Origin: Longimicrobiales bacterium
GTDB taxonomy: Bacteria > Gemmatimonadota > Gemmatimonadetes > Longimicrobiales > Gaopeijiaceae
Length of the DNA: 64,000 nt
Assembly (NCBI GenBank): GCA_965238005.1
Contig: OZ250165.1
Span: forward strand, 448,001 to 512,000
Direction of reading: 5' to 3'
This document shows positions 39,796 through 50,373 of the stretch, one piece after another. Numbering within the stretch: position 1 is the first letter of the stretch; each line of letters starts with the position of its first letter. Under the pieces are notes generated by a model. That model had not been told where the DNA came from, ran no database searches, and saw only the letters and a list, made by a program, of their open reading frames with translations. The position numbers and the translations under genes are program-made.

Positions 39796-41253
39796 GATGG
39801 TGTCCCGCTGACAGTTGAAGGTGGTGGCTCCGGAGAGTCTCCTTGTTAGCCTGCCTTTCTCATTTCGGCAACCGGTTCATGGTCGTCGAGGTGGGCCCTG
39901 AGCATCCAGAGCTGGTCGTAGCCGATGATCCTCCGGTAGCTCTTCTCGGTCTCCACGAACGAGGCCGCAGCCCAGCGCAAGGCCATCGCTCCGTTCTTCC
40001 AGTTGGTCACCCTGCGGGTCTTCTGTCTTACGCCCGAGTGGGTGCTGTCGATCAGGTTGGTCGAGCCCAGGCACTTCCTCAGCCGCGGCGGGAGGCCGAG
40101 CCGGTTGATCGTGAACATCTCGCTGAGGCCTTCGCGTAGGCTGGCCGAGGCCGAGGGGTGGTCGCGCTCGAGCCATCGGGCGAGCTGCTCGAGCTTCTGC
40201 TCGCCCTGCTTCGCGTCCAGCTTCATCGCCGCCCGGAACGCCGCCTTCACCTGAGGATGCTGATCCTTCGGCAGATGACCCAGCACGTTGCGGAGCTTGT
40301 GGTTGCGGCAGCGCTGGATGGGGTGACGTTGGCCGAACACCTTCTCGATCGCCTTCCTGAGCGCTTTCGAGCCATCGATCACGAACAGCCGCCGCCTGCC
40401 CGGGTCCAGGCCGCGCTCGACCAGATCCTCTAGGAGCGCGCTGGTCACCTCGGCGTTCTCACTCGCTCCTTCCCTCACGCCCAGCACGTGCTTCTTTCCG
40501 TCTGAGTCCACGCCTACCGCAGCAAGCACGTGGTGCGAGCCCATCTGGATCCCGTCCAGGTAGATCACCAGGAGGTCCCACGCATCCAGCCGGCGCTCCA
40601 TCAGCTCCTTCAGCACGCGCTCCGAGGCCTCGACCGTCTCACGGCTCACCGCCGACTTGCTCACCCCGACCGTGTCGGCCATCTCACCGATCACACGGCC
40701 GTACTTCCGCGTGCTCACCCCCGCCATCAGGACCTCGAGCATCCGATCCGCCACGGCGCCCGGTCTCCGCATCGCTGCGTACGCCGGCACCTCGACCTCG
40801 CCACCCTCCCCGGCGCCCCGGCGCCTGAGCCGTGGCCGCTCCACACGCACCTTCCGGTCCGACAGGTAAACCACACCACCCTGCCGGCCATACCACACCG
40901 TGTCGTCTTCCGCTCGTGACCGACCTGCCTGCTTCACGCCTGCCACACCCTCGGCGCTCATCTCCAGCACCGCTTCGATCGTCGCTCGTCCCATCACCTG
41001 GATGACTTCGTCGATCGCGACCTCCGTCTGCTCCACGAGCTCAAGCATCGGAAGCAGAAACTGCCCCTCCCGCTTCAGGAACTCCCTGATCGCGCGCTTG
41101 TCCGCCCGATCCCTTACCTCGTACGTTCTCTTCATCGTGGTGGCTCCGTGTTGGGGTTTTTGCCTACCCGAGCCTATCGGCCCGGGACCCCCGGAGCCAC
41201 CACTTTTCTTTCTCCCCTTATCAGGAACCTTCAACTACGGTTGGGACAGCTTC
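39796..41253 (-). mobile_element. Complete IS256-family element with 8-bp target duplication
   Basis: Imperfect IRs GATGGTGTCCC...AGTTGAAGGT / GAAGCTGTCCC...AGTTGAAGGT; TSD GATTTCCT at 39788-39795 and 41254-41261. Confidence 0.88.
39846..41135 (-). CDS. IS256 transposase
   Basis: GVSTRKY, YLDG, GVREGASEN, VIDGSKAL, QRCRNHK and STNLIDS. Confidence 0.9.
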   Translation of the reverse strand: MKRTYEVRDRADKRAIREFLKREGQFLLPMLELVEQTEVAIDEVIQVMGRATIEAVLEMSAEGVAGVKQAGRSRAEDDTVWYGRQGGVVYLSDRKVRVERPRLRRRGAGEGGEVEVPAYAAMRRPGAVADRMLEVLMAGVSTRKYGRVIGEMADTVGVSKSAVSRETVEASERVLKELMERRLDAWDLLVIYLDGIQMGSHHVLAAVGVDSDGKKHVLGVREGASENAEVTSALLEDLVERGLDPGRRRLFVIDGSKALRKAIEKVFGQRHPIQRCRNHKLRNVLGHLPKDQHPQVKAAFRAAMKLDAKQGEQKLEQLARWLERDHPSASASLREGLSEMFTINRLGLPPRLRKCLGSTNLIDSTHSGVRQKTRRVTNWKNGAMALRWAAASFVETEKSYRRIIGYDQLWMLRAHLDDHEPVAEMRKAG

Positions 41254-41283
41254 GATTTCCTTCTGTTCCTTCGGTGTTGTGGC

Positions 41284-41640
41284 TCAGGTGCCGTCGATGG
41301 TCAGCGATAGGAAATTAGACTCGAAGAGCTTCTTGTCGTCCCGCACTTCGCACCGCTGAAGGCAGTAGAGTTTCCAGTACATCGCCCACGTAGGATGGTC
41401 GGGAGAAAAATGCTCAATGTTCAGCTCGAGTTCTTCTGCTCTCTGAGCAGTGATGACTTGTCCGTGAGTGCGATTGGACCGCGGATCCAGGAGCTCCTCA
41501 ACGACGGCGGTGTATGGAACCGTTGACGAGCCCTTCAAGAGATCCTCGTCCAAGGCACGAGTACGCGCCACAACACGACGGACCGTGTCCGATCTCGTGA
41601 TCGTCGCGTCCACCGACCGGTAGTAACGCAGCACAAGTCC
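41284..41640 (-). pseudogene. SDH_sah/ClpP-fold serine protease C-terminal remnant
   Basis: THGQVITAQRAEELELNI...W..YWKLYCLQR.EV..DKKLFES resembles the C-terminus of this family. Confidence 0.45.
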
Positions 41641-41676
41641 CGCAGCGGCTTGGAAGGCGTCATGTCCGACACGTGT

Positions 41677-42939
41677 TTACCGGGACCGGTCGGGACCTCC
41701 TCTCCGTGTATAAGCCTCTTCTGGATAGACGTAACCGGGATCCAGGGTGGTCCCGTCCTCTGGCATGATTCGCAGGAGGTTGTCCCGGGCCACTTTCTCT
41801 GCAGCGCCAGTGGTCAATCTCGATAGGAGCCGATCGTACCGGCGGACAGTATCCTCGTACCCTTCGTAGCGCCCAACCGCATCTGATCCAATCACGAAGT
41901 TGTCGGGGTATTGCTCGATCAATCCCGTCCACGCACTCAGGTCCTCTAGCACGTAGTCCTCGTAGACCACCCAGGATAGGTCAATGTAGACGTGGTTTCT
42001 GTGAGTCGCGAGTACCGACGCCAGAACTACTGGAAGAGAATCGACGACTATGCGACGGCTGATGCCGGCATGGCACCAGATGAAGGTCGTGTTGGAGAAC
42101 TCGTTGAACGCATGCAGCAGCTCCGGAAGATAGTCGGTGTCCCTCGCCTCTCCTTGCGGGGAGATGGGGGCAACGTTGTGGTGAATGCTCACGGGTAGAC
42201 CGACTCGGCCAGCGAAGTCGAAGATGCGGAACAGTGCCGGGTGATCCGCGTGAGGACGCTCACCGGTCGTCAGGTTGGTCAAGTCATCGTGGCGAGACAT
42301 CACCTCGCCGATTCCCTTGAACACACCGGGGAATTCCTTAATGCGCTTTACGATCATGTCCACCGCACCGAGGTCCGTCCCGTCGAATCCGGAGAGAAAC
42401 GGGAACAGCCGTTCGAGCTGAGCCGCCGCCCCGTGTACTCGGCGGTAGTCTTCGATCGCTAGTGCTAGGACATAATCAGTGTCTCGCGCTCGCACGACGC
42501 GGGAACTGCTATCCAGGTAATACGTTGGCCGGGAGGGGTCACCCACCGCCCATTTCTTGAGAAAGGGCATACCCGTGATGACCGCGTGGCTCACGTTGGC
42601 CTGGTCCATGGCCCACAGCACCGCCTCGATACGCCGGCCCCGTTCGCCAGCGGGCAGAGTGTTGGCCGGAGAGCTGTAGACTAGCCTCCCATCGACGAGG
42701 TATTCGCCGTTCTGTAGAAAGTCCAGGATATGGAGGTGGGAATCGGCCGTGAGGGGAACCTGCACCGTCGGACTCACAGGCACGGGCGCCGAGGGCTTGG
42801 GAGGGCCATGCTGGGTTTGAGTTGCGCACGCCACCAACGTCGGCAACACCGTGACCATCAGTCCCACCGCGCGCAACGGACACGATTGAACTCCCTGGCC
42901 AGTGCCCAAAGCCAACCTACGTCCAGCAACTTCGATCAC
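41677..42939 (-). CDS. Amidohydrolase family (Amidohydro_2-like) lipoprotein; start may be 42858
   Basis: DSHLH, GIGEVMSRHDDL, PVSIHHN, IWCHAG, YIDLSW and FVIGSD. Confidence 0.82.
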   Translation of the reverse strand: MIEVAGRRLALGTGQGVQSCPLRAVGLMVTVLPTLVACATQTQHGPPKPSAPVPVSPTVQVPLTADSHLHILDFLQNGEYLVDGRLVYSSPANTLPAGERGRRIEAVLWAMDQANVSHAVITGMPFLKKWAVGDPSRPTYYLDSSSRVVRARDTDYVLALAIEDYRRVHGAAAQLERLFPFLSGFDGTDLGAVDMIVKRIKEFPGVFKGIGEVMSRHDDLTNLTTGERPHADHPALFRIFDFAGRVGLPVSIHHNVAPISPQGEARDTDYLPELLHAFNEFSNTTFIWCHAGISRRIVVDSLPVVLASVLATHRNHVYIDLSWVVYEDYVLEDLSAWTGLIEQYPDNFVIGSDAVGRYEGYEDTVRRYDRLLSRLTTGAAEKVARDNLLRIMPEDGTTLDPGYVYPEEAYTRRGGPDRSR

Positions 42940-42974
42940 GAGTCGACCTCCTAGCGTCGCTTCAGATTCGCCGC

Positions 42975-43135
42975 GAACACGGGAGAAAAGATAGCCACCG
43001 TCCAGAGGGGAAAGATAGCGCGCCGCAAGCTGAGTCTGCTACAGCTGGCCCAGGAGTTCGGCAAGGTGAGCAAGGCGTGCAAGATCGTGGGCTACAACAG
43101 CCGGCAGCAGTTCTACGAGATCAGGAGGAACACGC
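42975..43135 (+). mobile_element. IS481-family transposase N-terminal remnant
   Basis: KIARRKLSLLQLAQEFGKVSKACKIVGY / SRQQFYEIRRN. Confidence 0.7.
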
Positions 43136-43330
43136 TAAGCTTCCGTGCGGGCGGAAGTTGTTGTAGTCGGCCCGCCAGTGATCGAGGACCCGCTGGGCGT
43201 CCTCGAGATCGATGAACCAGTGTTGCCGATAGGCACTCACGCCGAAGCAGCGAGTTGAACGCCTCGATATGGGCGTTGTCGGTCGGCTTGCCCGGTCGGC
43301 TGAAGGCGAGCCGTATTCGGTTCGCAAGGG
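43135..43330 (-). mobile_element. IS3-family integrase-core C-terminal remnant
   Basis: FSRPGKPTDNAHIEAFNSLLRRECL / HWFIDLEDAQRVLDHWRADYNNFRPHGSL. Confidence 0.8.
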
Positions 43331-43371
43331 GTGTGGGGTGTGATGCGCCCTCCGAGTTCATCGTGGTTTGA

Positions 43372-43557
43372 TCAGAGGTCTACGCTGAGGCCAGTGCGAA
43401 GATTGAAGTCACCGTTCGAGAGGCCCTCCGGCGGGCGTGAGTCCCGTCGCCACTCAAGTGAGACCGTCGCCCGGAGAGTATCTGTGAGCGGTATCGAACC
43501 GCTCAGCTCGTTCAGAACCCTGGCATCCCCCAAATCCGTCAGTTCAGGGGTCGTCAT
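43372..43557 (-). pseudogene. DUF481-like outer membrane beta-barrel C-terminal remnant
   Basis: P.LTDLGDARVLNE......LT..L...VS...R.DSRPPEGL...D....TGLSV. Confidence 0.5.
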
Positions 43558-43796
43558 GTCGTTCTCCCGAAAGGTTCGGATGTTGTGAAAAAACGATTCC
43601 TAAACCCTTCCGGGAGCGGCGTGGCCACCGCCGCCGCGCCCGACTCTTAACGGTCGCGCGCCGGCGGCCTAACTGTCAGGTGATGACCGTATCAATACAC
43701 CTTGGTCCTTACACCTTGGTCCTTTGGCGTCCCGGGCGTTCGCCCGGCGCACGCTTTGCTCTTGCTCCACGGGGAAGCGGTTGCGATAGTCGGGGC

Positions 43797-44186
43797 ATGG
43801 AGACGAGGGGATTCATCCGGCGCCGCGGTTTCTGGCTGCTCGCGCTGCTGTGGCTGCCGGCCGGTGTCATGGCGACTGCGGCGGTGCGCTTCGGACCGGG
43901 GACGGGATCGGTGCCGCCCGGGATGTGGGTAATGGCGATGCTGATGTCGGGGGGAGGGCTGGTGTTCGTCGCGCCCTGCGGCCTGCCGCTGGCGCTGGGT
44001 TGCCGGCGGCTCTGGCATCTGGGCTACCGCCGCGGCGCCTGGTGGGCGGGCATCGGGCTCGGTGCTGTCACGGTGGCGGCGTCGCTGTTGGCGGGGCTGC
44101 TCGGGCCGCTGGCGATCGCGATCTATGCGGCCGTGATCAGCCTGCCGGTGTGGATCGCCTGGTGGTGGTTGGCGCGCCGGAGTTGA
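43797..44186 (+). CDS. Small multi-pass membrane protein, unknown function
   Basis: About 4 hydrophobic segments; high-GC codon pattern. Confidence 0.55.
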   Translation: METRGFIRRRGFWLLALLWLPAGVMATAAVRFGPGTGSVPPGMWVMAMLMSGGGLVFVAPCGLPLALGCRRLWHLGYRRGAWWAGIGLGAVTVAASLLAGLLGPLAIAIYAAVISLPVWIAWWWLARRS

Positions 44187-44608
44187 TAACCGACGACGGC
44201 TGCAGGCTGGCGGTCACGACCGACCTGCCCGAACGCGGATTCACCAGGAATTGGAAGTGAACGTTGCCATGGGTGACTGGTCCACGAGAATCCCGACATC
44301 CTGTTGGAGGCGCAGCGTAGCGCACGCGGCAGATGATCGAACGGCACAGTCCCAATAGCCGCGCTTTCCAGACTCATGCGCAGCCCCGACCTGCAAAAAG
44401 GGTTCAGGGTACTGCGTGATCGCAATAAGCTTGATATGACGTTCGAGAAGTTGATTGTTCGCCATGCCGAGCTCTGATGGTCGGCGACCGGATCGTGGGG
44501 GCAGTCGGGTGCAGTGGGGCCATGGGCTCTCAGGAATCAAGCGGCCTGCCAGGCGGGCGCGGATACGATGCAGTAGAAGTCAACGCCGAAAAGGTGGCTG
44601 GCCGGTAG

Positions 44609-45008
44609 CTGGGTCGTGCGTGGCTGCCCGAGCACCCGGCACCCTCTCCTCTCCGACGCCCCGAGCTGCTGACGTACACGCACCACACAACGTCGTCGGC
44701 GCTCGGGGCTCAGAAGTTTCCCTTGGCCGCTTCCTCCAGGATCAGCTTGTCCAGTGTCAAGTCCGCCACTGCTCGCTTCAGGCGCCCGTTCTCGCGCTCA
44801 AGCTCCTTCAGGCGCCGTGCCCCTGGCTCACCTTCATCCCGCCGTACTCCCGCCTCCACCGGTAGTACGTCTGCTCGGTGATGCCGAGCTCCCGGCTGAT
44901 CAGCTCCGGAGTGTGTCGTTTCCTTCCCATCCTGACCTCCTCGCTGAAAAGCTTCAGACCAGGTCGATCCTAACATTGCACCTGGTCTCGTTTCAGCGGG
45001 TCAGGTCA
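44609..45008 (-). mobile_element. Truncated IS3-family element, copy 2
   Basis: Near-identical to 38393-38852, with the same truncation point and frameshift plus a 60-bp deletion. Confidence 0.85.
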
Positions 45009-45185
45009 GTTCACTGTCGCCGGATGGTTCGATGGTTCCGCGGTTCCGCTATTGCTGGATCGCTGCGGACGCTGATGGAGGCCGCTGGATGCGCGTACCA
45101 TCATGGGGCAACTCTGGGGGGACTGTTAGACACGCGCAAACCGATTAGGTAATACCCACAACGACTTACGAGCCTTTTAGATAGG

Positions 45186-46469
45186 TTGTACCGGCTCTTG
45201 CCGGGGGGCTGGGTCACTCTGCAGGACGTCTACCGCTGCACGATCGACGCGGAGCTGTTCGCGCGAAAGATCGGCGCGGCCCGGGATCTGGTCGGCCGCC
45301 TCTGCCCGGTCCGGGTCACCGTCGCCGGCAGCGATCTGTTCACGCATAAGGAGTCTCTCGAGGACTGGGCCTGGGAGCCGGTGGCCGGCACCGAGAAGGC
45401 CACCTGCCGGCTCGACTCGGTCCTCCGGGATCGGCTCGGGGAGTTCGAGATCCCGTTCGAGACCGAGGAGAGCGAGGGCGGTGCGGGCAGCGAGCTCAGG
45501 GAGCAGGTAGAGGCGATCGAGCGGTGGTACCTGAACGACTGGATGGCGCTCGATGCCAAGCTCCGCACCTCGATCGTGGAAGGCATCTCCGTCTTCCTCT
45601 CGCTCTTCGATCAGCCGCAAGTCGCGAGCATGTTCTGTCCGCCGCCTCCGGACCCGGACGAATCCATACATATGTATGGTGCTGCGCCGGACGAGGACGC
45701 CGAGGCCGTCCGGCCCGTGCCGGGCCTCCGGCGCCGGCTGCCGCCGCTCAGCGAGCTGATCGAGGGCGGCAAGGTCCTCGCGCTCAACATGCCCGCGGGC
45801 GCGAACCCCGCGCTCGCCCGCGCCATCGGCGTCCTGCTCAAGAACGCCTGGATGCAGGCGCTGCTGCGGCGGCCCGCCGAGGCCGCCCGCCGGCCCGGAC
45901 GCTACCTCCGGCCCGCCGTGTTCATCTGCGACGAGTACCAGGCGTTCGCGACCGTCGACCAGGACGATCCCTCGGGCGACGAGAAGGCGTTCGCGCTCAC
46001 CCGGCAGTGCCGCTGCGTCCCGATCGTCGCCACGCAGTCGATCTCCTCGCTCCGCTCCGTGCTGCCCGGAGGCGAGGCCTGGCGCACGCTCCTCCAGACG
46101 CTCCGCACCCGGATCTTCCTGTCGCTGTCCGACGAGTCGTCGGCCCGGATCGCGTCCGAGATGTGCGGCAGCGTCATGAAGACGCAGCCCTCCTACACGT
46201 TCACCGAGACCACGGGCAGGCCCGAGTTCTCGCTCTTGTCCGGGCGAGCCGGCGGGGGCCGCGGCACGATCGGCGCGAGCAAGTCGTTCCGGCAGCAGAG
46301 GGAGCCCGTGTTCACGCCGCGCGAGTTCGCGCTGTTGGCCAACTACCAGGCGATCTGTCTGCCCTACGACGGCACGAAGTCGCTCCCTGCCCGGCGCGTC
46401 TACCTGAAACCCCACTACCTGCCGAGGGACGTGGGCTACTGGCGGCTCCGCGAGGAGGGCCGGATATGA
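45186..46469 (+). pseudogene. Type IV coupling protein (VirD4/TraD-like), 5'-truncated
   Basis: GKVLALNMP, FICDEYQAF (Walker B), IVATQSISSL and ARIASEMCG; Walker A region absent. Confidence 0.78.
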
Positions 46470-47473
46470 AGCGCGCAAGCGGGATCGCGCACCTGAAGCC
46501 GTTCCTTCCGGGCCTGGAGACGCTCCTCGAGGACCCGGAGGTCTCCGAGATCATGATCAACGGACCCGGCAACGTCTGGATCGAGCGAGGCGGCCGACTC
46601 GAGCCCCACGAGGCGCCGGGACTCACCGCCGCCTGGCTCCACCGCGCCGCGATCCACATCGCGCGGCCGCTCGGCCTCGATCCCGCCGCCAGACCCATCC
46701 TCGATGCCCGTCTCGATGACGGCTCAAGGGTCGCCATCTGCACGCCGCCCGCGAGTCCCGAGGTCGCCATCACCATACGCCGGTTCGGGGGCCGCGCGTT
46801 CTCGGCTCAGGACCTGGTGCGCATGGGCTCGCTGCCGGAGACGGTCCTCGGGGCCGCCCGGTCGGCCCTCTTGGCCCGCAGGAACATCCTGGTCTCCGGA
46901 GGCACGGGCTCGGGCAAGACGACGCTCCTCAACGCGCTGATCGAGTTGCTGCCCGAAGACGAGCGGATCGTCGCCATCGAGGACACGCTCGAACTCAGGA
47001 TCGAGCGCGCCAACTGCCTCCGCTTCGAGGCCGGCGCTGTCGGCACCGAGACCCCCGTCTCGATCCGCGACCTGGTGCGGCACGCGCTGCGCCACCGGCC
47101 CGACCACATCGTCGTCGGCGAGGTCAGGGGCGGCGAGGCCGCCGATCTGCTCCAGGCGCTCAAGACCGGCCACGGCGGCTCGCTCACCACCGTCCACGCG
47201 AACAACGCCCGCTCCGCGCTCTCGCGCCTCGCGAGCTGCGCCATGCAGGCCGAAGGCGCGCTTCCCTGGGAGGTCACCTGCCGGGGCGTCGTGGACGGGA
47301 TCGCACTTGTGCTGCACACGGCCCGGCAACGGGGCAGGCGGTTCGTCGAGGAGGCGCTCGAAGTGCGCGGCTACGACGCGGCCAAGGGCCGCTGGATCGC
47401 CGAACCGATCCGGAGCGGGGCCGACGAAGCCCCGCAAGAACAGCACCCACACACCAAGGAGGTGAACCCATGA
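46466..47473 (+). CDS. VirB11/CpaF-family secretion ATPase
   Basis: EIMING, LDARLDDGSRV, SGGTGSGKTT, IEDTLEL, LRHRPD.IVVGEVRG.EA and TGHGGSLTTVHAN. Confidence 0.9.
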   Translation: MKRASGIAHLKPFLPGLETLLEDPEVSEIMINGPGNVWIERGGRLEPHEAPGLTAAWLHRAAIHIARPLGLDPAARPILDARLDDGSRVAICTPPASPEVAITIRRFGGRAFSAQDLVRMGSLPETVLGAARSALLARRNILVSGGTGSGKTTLLNALIELLPEDERIVAIEDTLELRIERANCLRFEAGAVGTETPVSIRDLVRHALRHRPDHIVVGEVRGGEAADLLQALKTGHGGSLTTVHANNARSALSRLASCAMQAEGALPWEVTCRGVVDGIALVLHTARQRGRRFVEEALEVRGYDAAKGRWIAEPIRSGADEAPQEQHPHTKEVNP

Positions 47474-47670
47474 AAGGCGACGAGAACATCGTTCGCGTCG
47501 AGACGCTCGATGACTTCGACCGGGAACTCGCGCGCGATGGAGGCGAGGCCCTCGAGGTGCCGGCCTCGCTGGCCGAAGAGTACGGCCTCTTCTCCGAGGA
47601 CGTGGGCAGCGAGGACGAGATCCGCGACGCCGGAGAGGATCCGCACGGCCCCGAGGAGGAAGAGCTATGA
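47470..47670 (+). CDS. Small acidic protein, translationally coupled to both neighbours
   Basis: AGGAGG RBS; ATGA overlaps on both sides; homologous fragment at about 59777-59890. Confidence 0.6.
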   Translation: MKGDENIVRVETLDDFDRELARDGGEALEVPASLAEEYGLFSEDVGSEDEIRDAGEDPHGPEEEEL

Positions 47671-48695
47671 AACACGACGAATACCACCGCCAGTTCGCCG
47701 AGGGGATCATCGAGCAGATCCGCCAGGGCACCGCGCCGTGGCAGAAGCCCTGGGGGCCGGGCGAGCGCGTGCTCCCCTCCAACGTCGATACGGGCCGCTC
47801 CTACAGGGGCGGGAACAGCCTCCATCTCGCCGCCGTGGCCCAGGAGCGCGGCTACGGCGACGTGCGCTGGGGCACCTACCGCCAGATCCAGGCCCGGGAC
47901 GGACAGGTCCGCAAGGGCGAGCAGGGCACTCGCATCCTCTCGTTCCAGGACCACCGGAAGATCGCCGTCACCGACGAGCGCGGTCGGCCCAAGAGGGACA
48001 ACGAAGGCAAGCGCGTCTACCGCCACGAGCGCCTGCCCACGCCCGTCGTCCGGCAGTACACCGTCTTCAACGCCGAGCAGGCCGACGGGCTGCCCGCGCG
48101 GCCCGCGCCCGCTGCCGAGCCGCTCTGGAAGGCCCACCAGCAGGCCGAACGCGTCCTCGAGGACAGCGGGGTGCCCGTCCGTCACGTGGCGGGCGACCGG
48201 GCGTTCTACAACCTGAACCGCGACGAGATCGTGCTCCCCGAGCGTGGACAGTTCCCCTCCGCGAACCACTACTACCAGACCGCGCTGCACGAGCTGGGGC
48301 ACAGCACCGGCCACCCGGAGCGCATGAACCGCGAGACGCTCACCCAAGGGATCTCTGAAGGGTTCGGGTCGCCGGCCTACGCGAAGGAGGAGCTACGCGC
48401 CGAAATCAGTGCCATGATGACGGGCGAGCGCGTGGGCGTCGGCCATGACCCGAGCCGGGGCGCCGCGTACGTCGAGGGCTGGATCGCCGCACTCGAGGAG
48501 GACCCCCGCGAGATCCGCCGCGCCGCCGCCGACTCGCAGAAGATCTCCGACTTCGTGCTCTCGCGGCACCGCGAGCGCGAGGCCGTGCGCGAACCCGCGG
48601 CCGTGGCCGCGACCCGCGCGCCGGCGCCTGAGCGAATCGTCCATCCCGTGCCGCCGCTCCCCGTGCCGCAGCGGACCTTCGGGCCGCGCCGCTGA
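47667..48695 (+). CDS. ardC: ArdC-like antirestriction protein (ssDNA-binding plus zincin-like domain)
   Basis: APWQKPW, YRGGN, WGTYRQ, VRKGE, YTVFNAEQ, LHELGHSTGH and YAKEELRAE. Confidence 0.88.
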   Translation: MKHDEYHRQFAEGIIEQIRQGTAPWQKPWGPGERVLPSNVDTGRSYRGGNSLHLAAVAQERGYGDVRWGTYRQIQARDGQVRKGEQGTRILSFQDHRKIAVTDERGRPKRDNEGKRVYRHERLPTPVVRQYTVFNAEQADGLPARPAPAAEPLWKAHQQAERVLEDSGVPVRHVAGDRAFYNLNRDEIVLPERGQFPSANHYYQTALHELGHSTGHPERMNRETLTQGISEGFGSPAYAKEELRAEISAMMTGERVGVGHDPSRGAAYVEGWIAALEEDPREIRRAAADSQKISDFVLSRHREREAVREPAAVAATRAPAPERIVHPVPPLPVPQRTFGPRR

Positions 48696-48716
48696 CGGTC
48701 GGTGAGGAGCCAGAAG

Positions 48717-49603
48717 ATGTTCGACCGCACGGTCGAACCGGACCCGCGGACCGCCGCGCCACCCAGCCGCAATCGCTACCGCATGCGGGACGGCCACCGC
48801 CGAGAATACGCCGCGAGCCGGGACCGCGGGTCCACCTCCTTCCCCGAACGGTGCGCGCGCGGGCTCGCCGACATCGCGTCTACGGCGCCGTCTCGTACCG
48901 CGATCTGGCCGAGGCCCGCTTCGGGGGCCATCCCTACACCACCCGGCGGGCCGTGAACGCCTGGGTACGGGACGGGCTCGTCACCGAGACCACGGCCACC
49001 GGACCCAAGGGCAACCCGTTCAAGGTCCTGACGCTCACCCGCAGCGGCGTGGCCGAAGCTCGGAAGCGGGCCGCTGAACGGGGAATGGATCCCAGCCAGG
49101 AAATCCGGTTCGCACGCACCCGGCCTGCGCAAGCCGCGCACGACACCGCCGTCTACCGCGCCTGCATGAAGGAGAAGCAGCGCCTGCTCGACCGGGGCGC
49201 AGCAGTGCGGCGCCTCCGGCTCGACACCGAACTCAAGAGCACCGTCGCGCGCGGGAGCGAGGCGGCGCGGCTGAAGGACGGCAAGCGGGCCGCCGATGCC
49301 GAACGGCACCGCACCGCCGGCGAACTCGGACTCCCGGTCGACGACGAAGGGCACGTGCTCTATCCGGACGCCCAGATCGAGTACACCGACTCTGAGGGGC
49401 GAACCGGACGCGTCAACATCGAGGTCGCGTCCGGCAACTACCGCGAAGGGGCCATCAAGGCGAAAGCGGCGGCCGGGTTCGCGCTCCACGCCAACGGACC
49501 GGCCGCGGCGCGGCTGCTGCGCACGCTCGGCCTGGGCGGCGGCGACGACGGCTCCTGGCTGCGGGGACCCGCCGACCGCGATCCCGCCGCAGTCGAACTC
49601 TGA
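48717..49603 (+). pseudogene. Replication-relaxation (Replic_Relax)-like wHTH plus PD-(D/E)XK protein, frameshift near 48870
   Basis: YGAVSYRDL, LTLTRSG, AAHDTAVY and YPDAQIEY...VNIEV..GNY. Confidence 0.55.
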
Positions 49604-49621
49604 CTACGGGAGAAGCCCGCC

Positions 49622-49936
49622 ATGCAACCCTGGAAAATCAGCGCCGGCCTCACCGCCGCGATCGCGGGGTCTGCCGTGCTGCTCGCCGGGCCGCGCCTCG
49701 AATACCTCGCGCCGTATTGGCCGCTCCTCCTCGCCGAACACGGCGTCTTGCTCGCCCTGCACCTGGCGCTCGCACTCGCAGCCGTCGCGGCCGCCATCTA
49801 CGCCGTCGCACGCGCCGCCGGGCTCGCCGACCTCGGGCGGCGCGTCGATCTCGCCGAACGCTCCGTTCGGCGCGGCGAGGGGGACCCGGCCCTCACCGAC
49901 GCGCTCCGCAGAGACGCCGAGGGCGACTGGGAATGA
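49622..49936 (+). CDS. Small membrane protein
   Basis: Two hydrophobic segments; part of an operon-like run. Confidence 0.55.
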   Translation: MQPWKISAGLTAAIAGSAVLLAGPRLEYLAPYWPLLLAEHGVLLALHLALALAAVAAAIYAVARAAGLADLGRRVDLAERSVRRGEGDPALTDALRRDAEGDWE

Positions 49937-50373
49937 AAGCGGAGACCGGGCGGGCGGCGGGCCGACGAGATCGACCCAAACGTGCGCGCACACCTCGCGG
50001 CGCGTCCGTCGAGACCCTGCCAGCCACCTGGCGGACGCAGGCCAAGGCGCTCCGCCGGTACGGGGGCGAGACGCCGGCCGTCGCGATCGAAAGCTGCGCG
50101 GCCGAGCTCGAGGCCACGCTCAGGGAGAGGGACGAGACCACCCTCTCGCTGACGGAGGCAGCCAGGGACAGCGGCTACTCCGCTGACCATCTCGGCCGCC
50201 TCGTGCGGGACGGCAAGATCCCCAACACCGGAAGACCCGGCGCGCCCAGGATCGCTCGCAGCCACCTGCCACGGAAGGCACCAGCCGAGCCGCGACTGGT
50301 GGAAAAGCCTAGCCGAGGCGAAGTTTCCAACGCGCAGATCGTGCAGTCCATCATCGAGAGAGGAATCGAATGA
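49933..50373 (+). CDS. Excisionase-like HTH protein
   Basis: LSLTEAARDSGYSADHLGRLVRDGKIP...PRIAR HTH directly upstream of the integrase; start inferred from the ATGA overlap. Confidence 0.6.
   Translation: MKAETGRAAGRRDRPKRARTPRGASVETLPATWRTQAKALRRYGGETPAVAIESCAAELEATLRERDETTLSLTEAARDSGYSADHLGRLVRDGKIPNTGRPGAPRIARSHLPRKAPAEPRLVEKPSRGEVSNAQIVQSIIERGIE

Noticed and set aside
44240..44480. Possible small protein (SPDLQKGFRVLRDRNKLDMTFEKLIVRHAEL)
   Set aside because: It is interrupted by stops and too short to assign without a search.
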